From: Thermoplasmata archaeon
Lineage (GTDB): Archaea; Thermoplasmatota; Thermoplasmata; Lutacidiplasmatales; UBA184
Length of the DNA: 64,000 bases
Reading direction: 5' to 3'
Assembly: GCA_021806135.1 (NCBI GenBank)
Contig: JAJZYB010000007.1
Location: 217-64,216, forward strand
A program made the position numbers and the translations under genes. Positions 48,461 through 58,468 of the stretch are shown piece by piece (the stretch's first letter is position 1; each line of letters opens with the position of its first letter). Under the pieces are notes generated by a model. That model searched no databases. It was not told where the DNA came from and saw only the letters and a list, made by a program, of their open reading frames with translations.

Positions 48461-49849
48461 CTAGGCCTTCTTGACGGCCTGGACGAGTTCGCCCACCACG
48501 TGCTGCGCGTCGCCGTAGAGCATCCGGCAGTTGTCCTTGTAGAACAGGTCGTTCTCGATCCCGGCGAAGCCCTTCCCCTGGCCCCGCTTGATGACGATGA
48601 CGTTCTTCGCCTGGTCCACATCCAGGATCGGCATTCCCTGGAGGGCGCTTCCCGTCCGCCGGGCGGCCGGGTTCACCACGTCGTTCGCCCCGATGACCAG
48701 GGCCACGTCGGTGTGCGCGAGCTCCGGGTTGATCTCGTCCCGGTCGAACAGCTTGTCGTAGGAGACCCCCGCCTCCGCCAGGAGCACGTTCATGTGCCCG
48801 GGCATCCGCCCGGCCACGGGGTGGATCGCGAACTTCACGGTGACCCCCCGGGCCTCCAGGGCGTCCGCCAGTTCCTTGACCTTCTGCTGGGCCTGGGCCA
48901 CGGCCATCCCGTACCCCGGGGCGATCACCACCTGCCCGGAGTACTCCATCAGCACGGCGGCATCGGCGACATCGATGGGCTTGAGGGAGCCGGTGACCGG
49001 GCCCCCCGTGTCCGGGCCGCTTCCGAAGGCCCCGAAGAGCACGTTCCCCAGGGACCGGTTCATGGCCCGGGCCATGAGGAGGGTGAGGAGCGACCCGGCG
49101 GCGCCCACCAGGGTCCCGGCGATGACCATCGCGTAGCCGGCATCCCCCAGGGGCCCGTTGACCAGGGCGAACCCATCGAGCGCCACCGCGACCCCGGTCA
49201 GCGCGTTGAAGAGGCTGATCACCACGGGCATGTCCGCCCCGCCGATGGGGAGCGTGAGCAGGATCCCGTAGACGAGGAGGAGCACGAAGAACGGCAGGAG
49301 GTAGAACGCCTGGGCCACCACCACGGCCGCTCCCCCGAAGCCCACCCCCACGAGGAGGACGGCGAAGTTCACCACCTGGCGGGCGGGCAGGACGATGGGC
49401 CGGCCCGGTAGCCATCCCTGGAGCTTGGAGAAGGCGATGAAGCTCCCCGCGATGGAGATGCTGCCGATGATGGCCCCTGCCAGGCTGAGCCCGGTGGTGG
49501 CGCCGGCGGAAAGGCTCGTGAGGAGCTCCACGGCGGCGATGGCGGCCGCGGCCCCCCCTCCCATCCCGTTGAAGATGGCCACCATCTGGGGCATGTCGGT
49601 CATCTTGACCACCCGGGCCCAGTACCACCCCGCCCCTCCACCGATGAAGACCCCCAGGGCGATGAGGGCGAAATTGCCGAGGCCCCCCGTGGCGAAGGTG
49701 ACCGCCACCGCCACCAGCATGGCCACCCCGGCGTAGAGGATCCCCCGGCGGGCGGTCTCCGGGGAGCTCATCGCCTTCAGGCCCAGGATGAAAGCGATCA
49801 CCGCCACCACGTAGACGGCGTCGATGACGGTGCCGACCCAGGCGATCAT
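48461..49849 (-). CDS. pntB: NAD(P) transhydrogenase beta subunit
   Basis: MPQMVAIFNG, GGADMPVVIS, PGYGMAVAQAQ, HPVAGRMPGHMNVLLAEA. Confidence 0.98.
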   Translation of the reverse strand: MIAWVGTVIDAVYVVAVIAFILGLKAMSSPETARRGILYAGVAMLVAVAVTFATGGLGNFALIALGVFIGGGAGWYWARVVKMTDMPQMVAIFNGMGGGAAAAIAAVELLTSLSAGATTGLSLAGAIIGSISIAGSFIAFSKLQGWLPGRPIVLPARQVVNFAVLLVGVGFGGAAVVVAQAFYLLPFFVLLLVYGILLTLPIGGADMPVVISLFNALTGVAVALDGFALVNGPLGDAGYAMVIAGTLVGAAGSLLTLLMARAMNRSLGNVLFGAFGSGPDTGGPVTGSLKPIDVADAAVLMEYSGQVVIAPGYGMAVAQAQQKVKELADALEARGVTVKFAIHPVAGRMPGHMNVLLAEAGVSYDKLFDRDEINPELAHTDVALVIGANDVVNPAARRTGSALQGMPILDVDQAKNVIVIKRGQGKGFAGIENDLFYKDNCRMLYGDAQHVVGELVQAVKKA

Positions 49850-50148
49850 GGGCGGGCCCCCGGCCGCTTGGAGCGGTCGAACATGGCGAGGATCCGCTCG
49901 GTGACCACGTAGCCGCCGGTCACGTTCATGGCCCCCATGATGACCGCGAGGAGCCCAATGGCCTCCTCCAGGGGGGTGGTGGCGAAGCCCAGCGCCACGA
50001 TCCCGCCGACCAGGACGATCCCGTGGATGAAGTTCGAGCCGCTCATCAGCGGGGTGTGCAGGAGGACCGGGACCCGGGAAATGACCTCGTAGCCCGTGAA
50101 AGCGGCCAGGATGGCGATGAACAGGGCGGTCCAGACGTCGGCCGCCAT
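49846..50148 (-). CDS. pntAB: NAD(P) transhydrogenase alpha subunit, part 2
   Basis: VPVLLHTPLMSGSN, NVTGGY. Confidence 0.96.
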   Translation of the reverse strand: MAADVWTALFIAILAAFTGYEVISRVPVLLHTPLMSGSNFIHGIVLVGGIVALGFATTPLEEAIGLLAVIMGAMNVTGGYVVTERILAMFDRSKRPGARP

Positions 50149-50149
50149 C

Positions 50150-51295
50150 TCAGGGACCCCCGCCGGCGGAGAGGAGGTCCGCCGTCCCCTTGTGGGCCAC
50201 CGTGCCGTCCCGGGTCACCAGGCTGGCCGCGAGGATCTCGTCGGTGTATCCGGCGACCCGTTGCCCCTCCTTGGTGACGAGGAGTTCCAGGAAGGCCTGG
50301 AGGTTCTTCGAGAACATGAAGCTCGCATGGTAGGGGAGCTGGCTCGGCAGGTTCAGCGGACCGGCGATGGTCACCCCGTTGACCACCACGGTCTCCCCCG
50401 GCCGGGTGAGCTCGCAGTTGCCCCCGGTCTCGGCCGCGAGGTCCACGAGGACGGAGCCCGGCCGCATGCGCTCCACCATCTCCTTTCGGACCAGGACAGG
50501 GGCCTTCCGCCCCGGGATCGCCGCCGTGGTGACGATGACGTCGGCCTCGGCGACGGCCTTCGACACCATCTCGGCCTCCTTCTGCTTCTCCTCGGCGGTG
50601 AGCTCCCGGGCGTACCCGCCGGTCCCTTCGGCGTTGATGGCGAGCTCCAGGAACTTGGCCCCCAGGCTGCGGACCTGCTCGCCGGCGGCCCGGCGCACAT
50701 CGTAGCCTTCCACCACCGCCCCCATGCGGTGGGCCGTGGCGATGGCCATCAGCCCGGCGACCCCGGCGCCGAGGATGAGGACCTTGGCGGGCCGGATGGT
50801 CCCCGCCGCCGTGGTCAGCATGGGGAGGAACTTGGGGGTGAGCTCAGCTCCGATGAGCATGGCCCGGTACCCGGCCACCGTGGCCTGCGAGCTCAGCACA
50901 TCCATGCCCTGGGCCCGGGTGATCCGCGGCAGCAATTCCAGCGCGAAGGAGGTGACCTTCCCGTCCCTGAGCCGGGCCACGATCGGAAGGTTCCGGCTCG
51001 CGTTCAACTGGCAGACCAGGACCGACCCGGGAGGGAGGAACCCCGCCTCCTCTTCCGTCGGGGGCTGCACCTTCAGGAGGATCTCCGCCGAGGCGAAGAG
51101 GGCCTTGCGGTCGTCCTCCATCCGGGCCCCCGCGGCGGCGTACGCGGGGTCGGGGTACCCCGCCGAGAGGCCGGCGCCCGCCTCCACCGTCACGGAGTGC
51201 CCCGCCTTGGCCAACCGCTGGACCACCTCGGGGACCAAGGCCACCCGCCGCTCGAGTGGGGTCACCTCCCGGGGAACGGCGATCCTCACCGACAT
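50150..51295 (-). CDS. pntAA: NAD(P) transhydrogenase alpha subunit, part 1
   Basis: ERRVALVP, PRITRAQGMDVLSSQ, GAGVAGL, DLAAETGGNC. Confidence 0.97.
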   Translation of the reverse strand: MSVRIAVPREVTPLERRVALVPEVVQRLAKAGHSVTVEAGAGLSAGYPDPAYAAAGARMEDDRKALFASAEILLKVQPPTEEEAGFLPPGSVLVCQLNASRNLPIVARLRDGKVTSFALELLPRITRAQGMDVLSSQATVAGYRAMLIGAELTPKFLPMLTTAAGTIRPAKVLILGAGVAGLMAIATAHRMGAVVEGYDVRRAAGEQVRSLGAKFLELAINAEGTGGYARELTAEEKQKEAEMVSKAVAEADVIVTTAAIPGRKAPVLVRKEMVERMRPGSVLVDLAAETGGNCELTRPGETVVVNGVTIAGPLNLPSQLPYHASFMFSKNLQAFLELLVTKEGQRVAGYTDEILAASLVTRDGTVAHKGTADLLSAGGGP

Positions 51296-51468
51296 GATCG
51301 GCCGTTCGGGACGCGTGAGGGATTATAGGCTTACGGTCTTCCGGACTTGAGTCGACGCCCGTCACGCTCTTCCGGGGGGGATCCGGGAGCTACCGGCACG
51401 GGAGTGCTCTTCTGGTCAACGCACGGAGCGGCCGAAGGCCCGGGACGCCCTCGACCCCGGCCGGCAGG

Positions 51469-51615
51469 CTACGGGAAAGGGAAGGGTCCGGCGGGCGGCA
51501 GGGCGAACGTCGCCAGGGAGACGGCGATCGCGATGGCCATCAGAGCGAACAGGAAGACCCAGGGGGCCAGCTCGCTCGCTCGGTGGTGTACAGGTGCCGG
51601 CATCGTTTGCTGCAT
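51469..51615 (-). CDS. 48-aa single-TM small protein
   Basis: MQQTMPAP...WVFLFALMAIAIAVSLATFAL, preceded by a purine-rich GGGGGAG. Confidence 0.55.
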   Translation of the reverse strand: MQQTMPAPVHHRASELAPWVFLFALMAIAIAVSLATFALPPAGPFPFP

Positions 51616-51689
51616 GGGAACTCCCCCTTCATCTCCTTTGCGCCCCGCGCACCGGGACGCCCGAGGGTCGCGGCGCGCGACTCTCGGGC

Positions 51690-52805
51690 CTACGGGGGAG
51701 TCGGCACCGGTCGGGGAGCCGGACCCACATAATGCACCTCCGGCCTCACCAGCCGGTTGTGCTGGGCCTGCTCCTTCAGATGGGACACCCATCCGGCGGT
51801 CCTGGCCAGGGCGAAGGTGGGGGGGAAGAGGGGACGGGGGATCCCCGCCGCCTCCAGGACCAGGGCCGCGTAGAACTCCACGTTGAGGCCCCAGGGACGC
51901 TCGGGATGGTGGCGCGAGAGGGCGGCGAGCCCGGCCCGCTCCACGGCCTCCGCCACCGCCATCCGCTCCGGGGGCGCCACCGCCCGGGCCAGCTCCCGGA
52001 GCCGGCGGGCCCGGGGATCCTCCCCCCGGTAGGCGCGATGCCCGAAGCCCATGAGCCGCTCCCCCCGGGTGAAGGTCGCTTCCACCTCCTCCCCGGCCCG
52101 GTCGGCGGTGCCCACCCGGTCCAGGAAGTCCGCCACCAAGGAGGGAGCACCCCCGTGGAGCGGCCCCTTCAACGAGCCCACCGCGGCGCTCACGGCGGAC
52201 GCCGCGTCCGACCAGGTGGAGAGCACCGACCGGGCCACGAACGTGCTCGCGTTCATCCCGTGGTCGGCCACCAGGACGAAGTAGGCCTCCAACGCCTGCA
52301 GCCGCTTCGGATCCGGTGCGAGGCCGGTCAGCCGCCAGAGGTAGGCGGCCGCCTGTCCCAGACCCTCTGGCTCCGCCAAAGGGGCCTCATGGTTCCGGTA
52401 CCGCCACAGGTTGGGAAGGAAGACCGGCGGGAAGGCCACGAGGAGCTCGAACATCTCCTCGGTGGGGGGGAAGCCATCCCAACCGCGTCCGAGGAGGGAG
52501 AACCCGCTGCGGAGCGCTTCCATGGGGGTGGCCTCGGGTGGGATCGCCCGGATCACCGGGGCCAGGTCGCCCAGGGAGCGGCGACGGGCGGCCAGGGTCT
52601 CCCGGAGCCGTCGGGCCTCGTCGGGGGTGGGCAATTCCCCCCGGAGGAGGAGGTGCACCGTCTCCTCCCAACCGACGGACCCGGAAAGCTCGGGGACGGA
52701 GTATCCCCGGTAATAGAGCTTCCCCTCGCCCCCTCGGACGTCGGTGATGGAACTGTCCCCCACCACCACCCCTTCGAGCCCGCCTACGCGGCGGTCCCCG
52801 GGCAT
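51690..52805 (-). CDS. Citrate synthase
   Basis: GLEGV, LYYRGY, DHGMNASTF, GPLHGGA, GFGHRAY, NVEFY. Confidence 0.93.
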   Translation of the reverse strand: MPGDRRVGGLEGVVVGDSSITDVRGGEGKLYYRGYSVPELSGSVGWEETVHLLLRGELPTPDEARRLRETLAARRRSLGDLAPVIRAIPPEATPMEALRSGFSLLGRGWDGFPPTEEMFELLVAFPPVFLPNLWRYRNHEAPLAEPEGLGQAAAYLWRLTGLAPDPKRLQALEAYFVLVADHGMNASTFVARSVLSTWSDAASAVSAAVGSLKGPLHGGAPSLVADFLDRVGTADRAGEEVEATFTRGERLMGFGHRAYRGEDPRARRLRELARAVAPPERMAVAEAVERAGLAALSRHHPERPWGLNVEFYAALVLEAAGIPRPLFPPTFALARTAGWVSHLKEQAQHNRLVRPEVHYVGPAPRPVPTPP

Positions 52806-52814
52806 GGCCGGACC

Positions 52815-53762
52815 TCAGTGGGGGGGGAGCGCGGACAGGAGCCGCAGGTCCTCGGAGACCGCCCGGGCGCTCAGGTCCAGGGCGGCGCGTTCCTCCGGCG
52901 TGAGGGTGACCTCGTGGATCTTCTCCACCCCGGCGCGGCCCACCGTCACCGGGACCGAGAGGAAGAGGTCCCGGTAACCGTACTCTCCCTCCAAGAGCAC
53001 CGAGCAGGAGAGCAGGCGGTGCTCGTTCCGGGCCACGGCAGAGACCATCTCCGCCTGGGCGGCGGCCGGAGCATAGTATGCGCTGCCGGTCTTGAGGAGG
53101 TCTACGATCTCCCCCCCGCCCTTCTTGGTCCGTTCCACGATCGCCGCGAGCTTCTCCGGGGAAAGGAGCCGGCTGACCGGGACCCCGTTCACCGAGCAAT
53201 GCGAGAGGATGGGGACCATGGTGTCCCCGTGGGTGCCCAGGGTGAACCCCACCACGTCGCGGGGGGCCAGTCCCAAGGCGTCGGCGACGAACCAGCGGAA
53301 CCGGGCCGAGTCCAGCGTCCCGCTCTCCGCCAGCACCCGGGCCCGGGGGAACCCGGTGACCTTCCGGACCCAGTAGGCCATCACGTCCACCGGGTTGGTC
53401 ACCACCACCACCACCGCATGCGGGGCGTGGTCCCGGATGGCCTCCGCGTGCCCCTGGACGATCTGGGCATTCTTCCCCAGGAGGTCGGAGCGGCTCATTC
53501 CCGGCTTACGGGCGAGCCCGGCCGTGAGGACCACGAGGTCGCTCCCGGCCACGTCCTTGAGATCCGTGGAGCCCCGGACCCGGGTGGAGAACCCCACCAC
53601 CGGGGCAGATTCCTGGATGTCGAGGGCCTTCCCCTGGGGGAGGCCTTCCACGATGTCCAGCAGCATCAGCTCTTCGGCGAGGTCCTCTTCCGCCAGGCGC
53701 TGGGCGAGCGTTCCGCCGATGTTCCCGGCCCCCACCACGGAGACCTTTCCCAACCCCGCCAT
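52815..53762 (-). CDS. mdh: Malate dehydrogenase (LDH-like)
   Basis: GAGNIG, RKPGMSR, TNPVD, LDSARF, HGD, GGGEIV. Confidence 0.95.
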   Translation of the reverse strand: MAGLGKVSVVGAGNIGGTLAQRLAEEDLAEELMLLDIVEGLPQGKALDIQESAPVVGFSTRVRGSTDLKDVAGSDLVVLTAGLARKPGMSRSDLLGKNAQIVQGHAEAIRDHAPHAVVVVVTNPVDVMAYWVRKVTGFPRARVLAESGTLDSARFRWFVADALGLAPRDVVGFTLGTHGDTMVPILSHCSVNGVPVSRLLSPEKLAAIVERTKKGGGEIVDLLKTGSAYYAPAAAQAEMVSAVARNEHRLLSCSVLLEGEYGYRDLFLSVPVTVGRAGVEKIHEVTLTPEERAALDLSARAVSEDLRLLSALPPH

Positions 53763-53855
53763 CTGGATCCTTTCCCCCGGAAGACCGGTGCAGCGGGGGA
53801 GGCTGCCGGCCCTTTAAGCTCCCCCCTGTGACCGGCCCGCCCGCCGCCTCCAGAG

Positions 53856-54143
53856 GTGAACTTATTACACCCTGCGGAAGTCTCCCTCCTCGTGGACGTC
53901 GATGCCATCGTCGCCGGCCTGGCCGAGCGGGACCGCTGGAAGGCTCGGTTGGCGGCGCTCGAGCGCGACTTAAGGACGCTCAAGGGCCGCCGGGCCCGGC
54001 TGGAAGGGCAGCTTTCCCGCCTCCTCCGGGAGCTCCGGCGGCTGGAGACCATCTCCGGGGAGGTCCTCACGGCCAGAGGGATGCCCGGGGGAGGAGGGAC
54101 CGGGAGCCATGAAGGTACGAGTACCTTCCGGCCTATCCGATAA
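53856..54143 (+). CDS. Small coiled-coil protein
   Basis: Heptad Leu repeat; follows a tttaag box and a GAGGTG. Confidence 0.65.
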   Translation: MNLLHPAEVSLLVDVDAIVAGLAERDRWKARLAALERDLRTLKGRRARLEGQLSRLLRELRRLETISGEVLTARGMPGGGGTGSHEGTSTFRPIR

Positions 54144-54336
54144 GCTCCAGGACCTCCGGGAGGGGGTCCTCGGCCTCCGGGAGGAGGTCCGGCGGCTGCG
54201 TCGGCAGGAGCGTTACCTTCTGGACCAGATGACCCGGGCCCGGCGTCAGCTCGCCTACTATGAGACGCTCCTCAGGGACCTGAGGATCCGCAATGCTTCG
54301 CCGGATCGGCTCATGGAACTCCTCCAACGGGGGTAG
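54109..54336 (+). CDS. Small coiled-coil protein
   Basis: Heptad repeat LQDLREGVLGLREEVRRL; overlaps the upstream gene. Confidence 0.65.
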   Translation: MKVRVPSGLSDKLQDLREGVLGLREEVRRLRRQERYLLDQMTRARRQLAYYETLLRDLRIRNASPDRLMELLQRG

Positions 54337-54400
54337 GTCCCGACGGGAGAAAGGGGAAATGCCCGGGCAGCCTGCCCGGGCATCATGAGGGGGAGCTAGG

Positions 54401-55333
54401 ATGCGTCTGGTGGTCTTCGGGGCCGGGGGGGTCGGGAGCCTCTTCGGCGCGTTCCTCGCCCGGGCCGGGCACGACGTCCTCTTGGTGGGCCGCAAGGAAC
54501 ACGTCCAGTCCATCGAACGGGATGGCCTCCGGGTGGAGGGGGTCACCAACATGGCCGTCCGCCCCCGGGTGGCCACGGCGCTGCGGGCCGGAGAGCGCGC
54601 GACCATGGTGATCCTGACGGTGAAGACCTACGATACGGAGGAGGCCTGCCGGACCATTGCCCGGGCCATGTCCTCGCGTCCCATCCTCTCCCTCCAGAAC
54701 GGGTTGGGGAACCTGGAGGCCATGGAACGGGGCCTCTCCGCCGGAGGGTGGACGACCCCCCGGCTCAACATCGCCCTGGGGGTCCTGAGCTGGGGGGTCA
54801 CCTACCTGGCGCCGGGGCACATCCTCCACGCCGGCACCGGTTCCCTGGTCCTGGGGGACCTCTCCGGGGGTCGGGCCGCCAAGCGCTTCGCTTCCCTCTT
54901 CGAGGGGGTGGGCATCCCCACCCAGTACACCGACGACGTGATCCGGGCCATCTGGCGCAAGGTGATCATCAACGCCGCGGCCAACCCGGTCACCGCGGAC
55001 CACAAGGTGCTCAACGGGGAGCTCCTCACGGACCCGCTCCGGGGCCAGGCCATCTCGCTCATGCGCGAGGCACTGGAGGTGGCCGCGGCGGAGGGGTATC
55101 CCTTCGCCGAGCACGAGGTGGAGGACGAGCTCTTCCGGGTGCTCCGGCAGACCGCGCACAACCGTTCCTCCATGCTCCAGGACGCCCTCCGGAGCAAGCC
55201 CATGGAACTGGAGGCGATCAGCGGCGCCCTGCTCGAGCGCGGCCAGCGGCACGGGCTGCGTCTCCCCCACACGGAGCGGATCTACAAGCGTCTCCTGGCC
55301 AAGCAGCCGGCCCGGGCGTCAGCGAAAGGCTGA
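54401..55333 (+). CDS. panE: 2-dehydropantoate 2-reductase
   Basis: GAGGVG, VKTYD, LQNGLG, WRKVIINAAANP, SSMLQD, ELEAISG. Confidence 0.93.
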   Translation: MRLVVFGAGGVGSLFGAFLARAGHDVLLVGRKEHVQSIERDGLRVEGVTNMAVRPRVATALRAGERATMVILTVKTYDTEEACRTIARAMSSRPILSLQNGLGNLEAMERGLSAGGWTTPRLNIALGVLSWGVTYLAPGHILHAGTGSLVLGDLSGGRAAKRFASLFEGVGIPTQYTDDVIRAIWRKVIINAAANPVTADHKVLNGELLTDPLRGQAISLMREALEVAAAEGYPFAEHEVEDELFRVLRQTAHNRSSMLQDALRSKPMELEAISGALLERGQRHGLRLPHTERIYKRLLAKQPARASAKG

Positions 55334-55357
55334 AGGCCCGTTCCCCATCGGGCCCTC

Positions 55358-56515
55358 ATGCGCAAGCGCTCCCTCCGGGAGGTGGAGGTCGGTGGGCGGA
55401 CCGTCCTTCTCCGGGTGGACCACAACGTTCCCCTGGATGAGCAGGGCCGCGTCGCCGACGACCGGCGGATAGTGGAATCCCTCCCCACGATCCAGTACCT
55501 GAAGGAGCGAGAGGCCCGGGTGGTCCTCTTGAGCCACCTGGGGCGGCCGGGGGGCCGCCCTTCCCCCGAGTTCAGCCTTGCCCCGGTGGCGGAGCGCATG
55601 TCCCAGCTGCTCGGGGAGGCCGTCCCCCTCGCCCCGGACGCGGTGGGCCCCGGGGCCATGGACGCGGTCCGGGCCCTCGCCCCGGGGGGCGTCCTCTACC
55701 TGGAGAACCTCCGCTTCCACCCGGGAGAGGAGGCCAACGATCCGGCGTTCGTCTCCGAGCTCGCCCGTCTGGGGGAGCTGTTCGTGGAGGAGGCCTTCGG
55801 CGCCCTGCACCGGGCCCACGCCAGCACCGTGGGGCTCCCCCGCCGGCTCCCGTCCTGCGTGGGGTTCTTGGTGGAGCGGGAGGTGCTCGAGCTGGGGCGC
55901 CTGCTCGAAGACCCTCCCCGCCCTTTCGTGGCCGTGCTCGGGGGAGCGAAGGTGAAGGACAAGCTCCCCCTGGTCCGGCACCTGAGGACCAAGGCCGACG
56001 AGATCCTGTTGGGCGGGGCCCTTGCCCTGCCGCTCCTCCGCTCAGCGGCCCCCGGGGAACCGGAACGCGATCCGGGGATCGAGGAACTGCTTCACCAGCG
56101 CCCCGGGGAGGCCGCCGTGCTCCTGCCCGTGGACTTCCTGGTGGAAGGACCGGGAACGACTGGCGTCCTGACGGTACCGGCGCACCCGCTTCCCCGGGAG
56201 GCCCAGCCCCTCGATGTGGGCCCGGAGACCCGGCGCCTCTTCGCCTCCCGTTTGGGGATGGCGGGGACGGTCTTCTTCAACGGGCCCCTGGGAAAGGTGG
56301 AGGATCCGCGCTTCGCGGGGGGAACCCGGGAGGTCCTCTCGGTCCTGCGCTCGTTGTCCGGACCCCGGGTGGCGGCGGGAGGGGACTCCTCCCGGGCGTT
56401 GCAGGACCTGGGGCTCGAACCCTGTTTCAGCTACGTTTCCACCGGAGGTGGGGCCGCGCTGGAACTCCTGGAAGGCCGCGAACTCCCCGGCCTCACGGTG
56501 CTGCCGGACGCGTAG
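55358..56515 (+). CDS. pgk: Phosphoglycerate kinase
   Basis: RVDHNVP, SHLGRP, ENLRFH, HRAHAS, GGAKV.DK, STGGGA. Confidence 0.95.
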   Translation: MRKRSLREVEVGGRTVLLRVDHNVPLDEQGRVADDRRIVESLPTIQYLKEREARVVLLSHLGRPGGRPSPEFSLAPVAERMSQLLGEAVPLAPDAVGPGAMDAVRALAPGGVLYLENLRFHPGEEANDPAFVSELARLGELFVEEAFGALHRAHASTVGLPRRLPSCVGFLVEREVLELGRLLEDPPRPFVAVLGGAKVKDKLPLVRHLRTKADEILLGGALALPLLRSAAPGEPERDPGIEELLHQRPGEAAVLLPVDFLVEGPGTTGVLTVPAHPLPREAQPLDVGPETRRLFASRLGMAGTVFFNGPLGKVEDPRFAGGTREVLSVLRSLSGPRVAAGGDSSRALQDLGLEPCFSYVSTGGGAALELLEGRELPGLTVLPDA

Positions 56516-56927
56516 CGGGCCGGCGCGGCGGCTTCGAGGGGGGAAGCCCGGCGGCCCGGGCGGCCTCGGTGGGGTCGGAGTCCACGGCCTCCAGCACCCA
56601 GCGCAGGTAAGGCTCGTCGACGCGTGCCGTCTCGGTCTCCACGAGCTCGGGGACCTCGTACGGGTGGAGGCGGCGGATCTCCTCGAAGAGCGCCCCCACC
56701 TTCTTCGGGGAGGTCTTGAAGAGGACCACCACCTCCGGGTTCTGCTCCACCTTCCCCTTCCACCGGTAGATGGAGTAGGCGGGGAACTCGGTGGCACAGG
56801 CGGCGAAGCCTCCTTCCACCACCCTGTGGCTCGTCTCCCGGGCGCTCCGGGAATCCGGGAAGGTGGTCCAGACGAAACGTAGCGGGCTCGGGGGGCGGCC
56901 CTCCCCCAGCCCCGGGGCTCCCGTCAT
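56493..56927 (-). CDS. cutA: Divalent-cation tolerance protein CutA
   Basis: AAC, SIYRWKG, KT, HPYEVPE. Confidence 0.92.
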   Translation of the reverse strand: MTGAPGLGEGRPPSPLRFVWTTFPDSRSARETSHRVVEGGFAACATEFPAYSIYRWKGKVEQNPEVVVLFKTSPKKVGALFEEIRRLHPYEVPELVETETARVDEPYLRWVLEAVDSDPTEAARAAGLPPSKPPRRPATRPAAP

Positions 56928-58468
56928 GGGGCCTCCGCTGCTTCGCCGCCCTGGGGAACCGGGTCTCCTCGGCCGAGGAAGTCGATGGTCTGCACCCGGC
57001 CCTGGGCCAGGTCGACCAGGGTCGCCTTGGCGGGGTCGGGCCGGATGTTCCGCATCCGCTGGTACTCCGTCTCCGCGAGCCAGGTCGAGGCGTTGATGAG
57101 CAGAGACCCGCGCCAGCGCTCCACGCCGTAGGTGTGAGTGTGGCCGGTGACGAAGATGTCGGGGAGGGGATCCAGGAGGAGCCCATCGACGGCACGGGGG
57201 GTCAGCGGGGTCTTCCCTCCGTAGGTCGGTCCGAGATGACGCATGGAGAGCATCCGTCGCATGACCGGGAGCGGCTCTTCGTAGCGGGCGTTCGGGATCC
57301 GGGGGATCATCTCGTCGAAGCTCCGCCCGTGGTAGGCCGTCATCACGAGCCCCTCCAAGAGGAACGTGCTCGGGTTGGGGAGGATGTGGACGTTGGAAGG
57401 GAGCGTACGGGAGAGCTCGGGGGGGAGCGCAGGTTGGGGTTCGGCCGGGCAGACCGCGTCATGGTTCCCGGGCACGGCGAGCACGTTCAGGTGCGAGGGG
57501 AGCTCCCGGAGCCGGCGACCGAGCTCGGCGTACTGTTCCACCACATCCGGGATGGCGAGGTCGGCCTCCTGGCCCGGGTAGACCCCGATCCCGTCGACGA
57601 GATCGCCGGCGATGACCACGTGCTCCAGTCCCTCCACGAGGTCGGGCGAAGGGCCACGGCCCCGGAGGAACTCCACCAGGTCCTGCCAGGGCTCGGTGAG
57701 GAACCCCTTCGATCCGATGTGCAGGTCGGAAAGGAAGAGCACCCGGGAAGGGCGGCCGACCCTCTTGGTGGCGCGTCGCACCGGGACGTCCGGCCGGTAG
57801 ATGGCCCGGGCCACGGCGAGGCCCCCCTCCTTGCGGGGGGGCAGGACCCGCAGCCCCAGCACCTCGTCGGGGAGGAAGGTATCCGCCCCCCCGGGAAGGT
57901 CGCGGGGGACGAGCACGTCGGCGGTTCCGCTCTCATCCTCCAGGCTGAGGAGCCGGTGGTGTCCCTTGTTGGTGACCCGGAAGTCGGAGAGCATGGCGAT
58001 GATCGCGGTCTCCCCCTCGGCCCGGCCGAGGTTGGAGAGAGGCCGACGGTCGGCGAGCTCGGGGCGCCCTTTCAGGATGCGTGCCAGCCTCAGGAACCGG
58101 CCCTTGAGGAGGGCTTCCACGCCTTCGAGCGGCCCGGCAATGCCCAGTGGGTCCGGGTCACTCAACAGTTGATAGGGCCGGGGGGCTGCGTCCCGGGTCG
58201 GGGGTGCGCGAGCCGCTCCCATCACTCGGCGGACCATGTCCAGGGTGACGAAAGGGGAGGGTTCGGGCTCGGAGGAGACCAGCGCCTGGGAGAGGTCCCA
58301 GGGTCTGGGGCTCCCCAGGATCATCTCGAGGGCGGGCTCCTCCACCAGCCGGTGGTGAGACTCGAAATAGGCGAGCAGTTCGTCCCGCACGTTCCTCGGG
58401 GAGGCCACCCGCTCCTCTCGTCCCCGGGATGGGGAACGCCAAGGAGGTCCGGGTTCCTCCCGGTCCAT
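56924..58468 (-). CDS. DNA polymerase D small (proofreading) subunit DP1
   Basis: OB-fold LEDESG; phosphoesterase motifs SDLHIGS, GDLVDG.G.YPGQ, PGNHD, YHGRS, RHLGPTYG, GHTH. Start approximate. Confidence 0.93.
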   Translation of the reverse strand: MDREEPGPPWRSPSRGREERVASPRNVRDELLAYFESHHRLVEEPALEMILGSPRPWDLSQALVSSEPEPSPFVTLDMVRRVMGAARAPPTRDAAPRPYQLLSDPDPLGIAGPLEGVEALLKGRFLRLARILKGRPELADRRPLSNLGRAEGETAIIAMLSDFRVTNKGHHRLLSLEDESGTADVLVPRDLPGGADTFLPDEVLGLRVLPPRKEGGLAVARAIYRPDVPVRRATKRVGRPSRVLFLSDLHIGSKGFLTEPWQDLVEFLRGRGPSPDLVEGLEHVVIAGDLVDGIGVYPGQEADLAIPDVVEQYAELGRRLRELPSHLNVLAVPGNHDAVCPAEPQPALPPELSRTLPSNVHILPNPSTFLLEGLVMTAYHGRSFDEMIPRIPNARYEEPLPVMRRMLSMRHLGPTYGGKTPLTPRAVDGLLLDPLPDIFVTGHTHTYGVERWRGSLLINASTWLAETEYQRMRNIRPDPAKATLVDLAQGRVQTIDFLGRGDPVPQGGEAAEAP

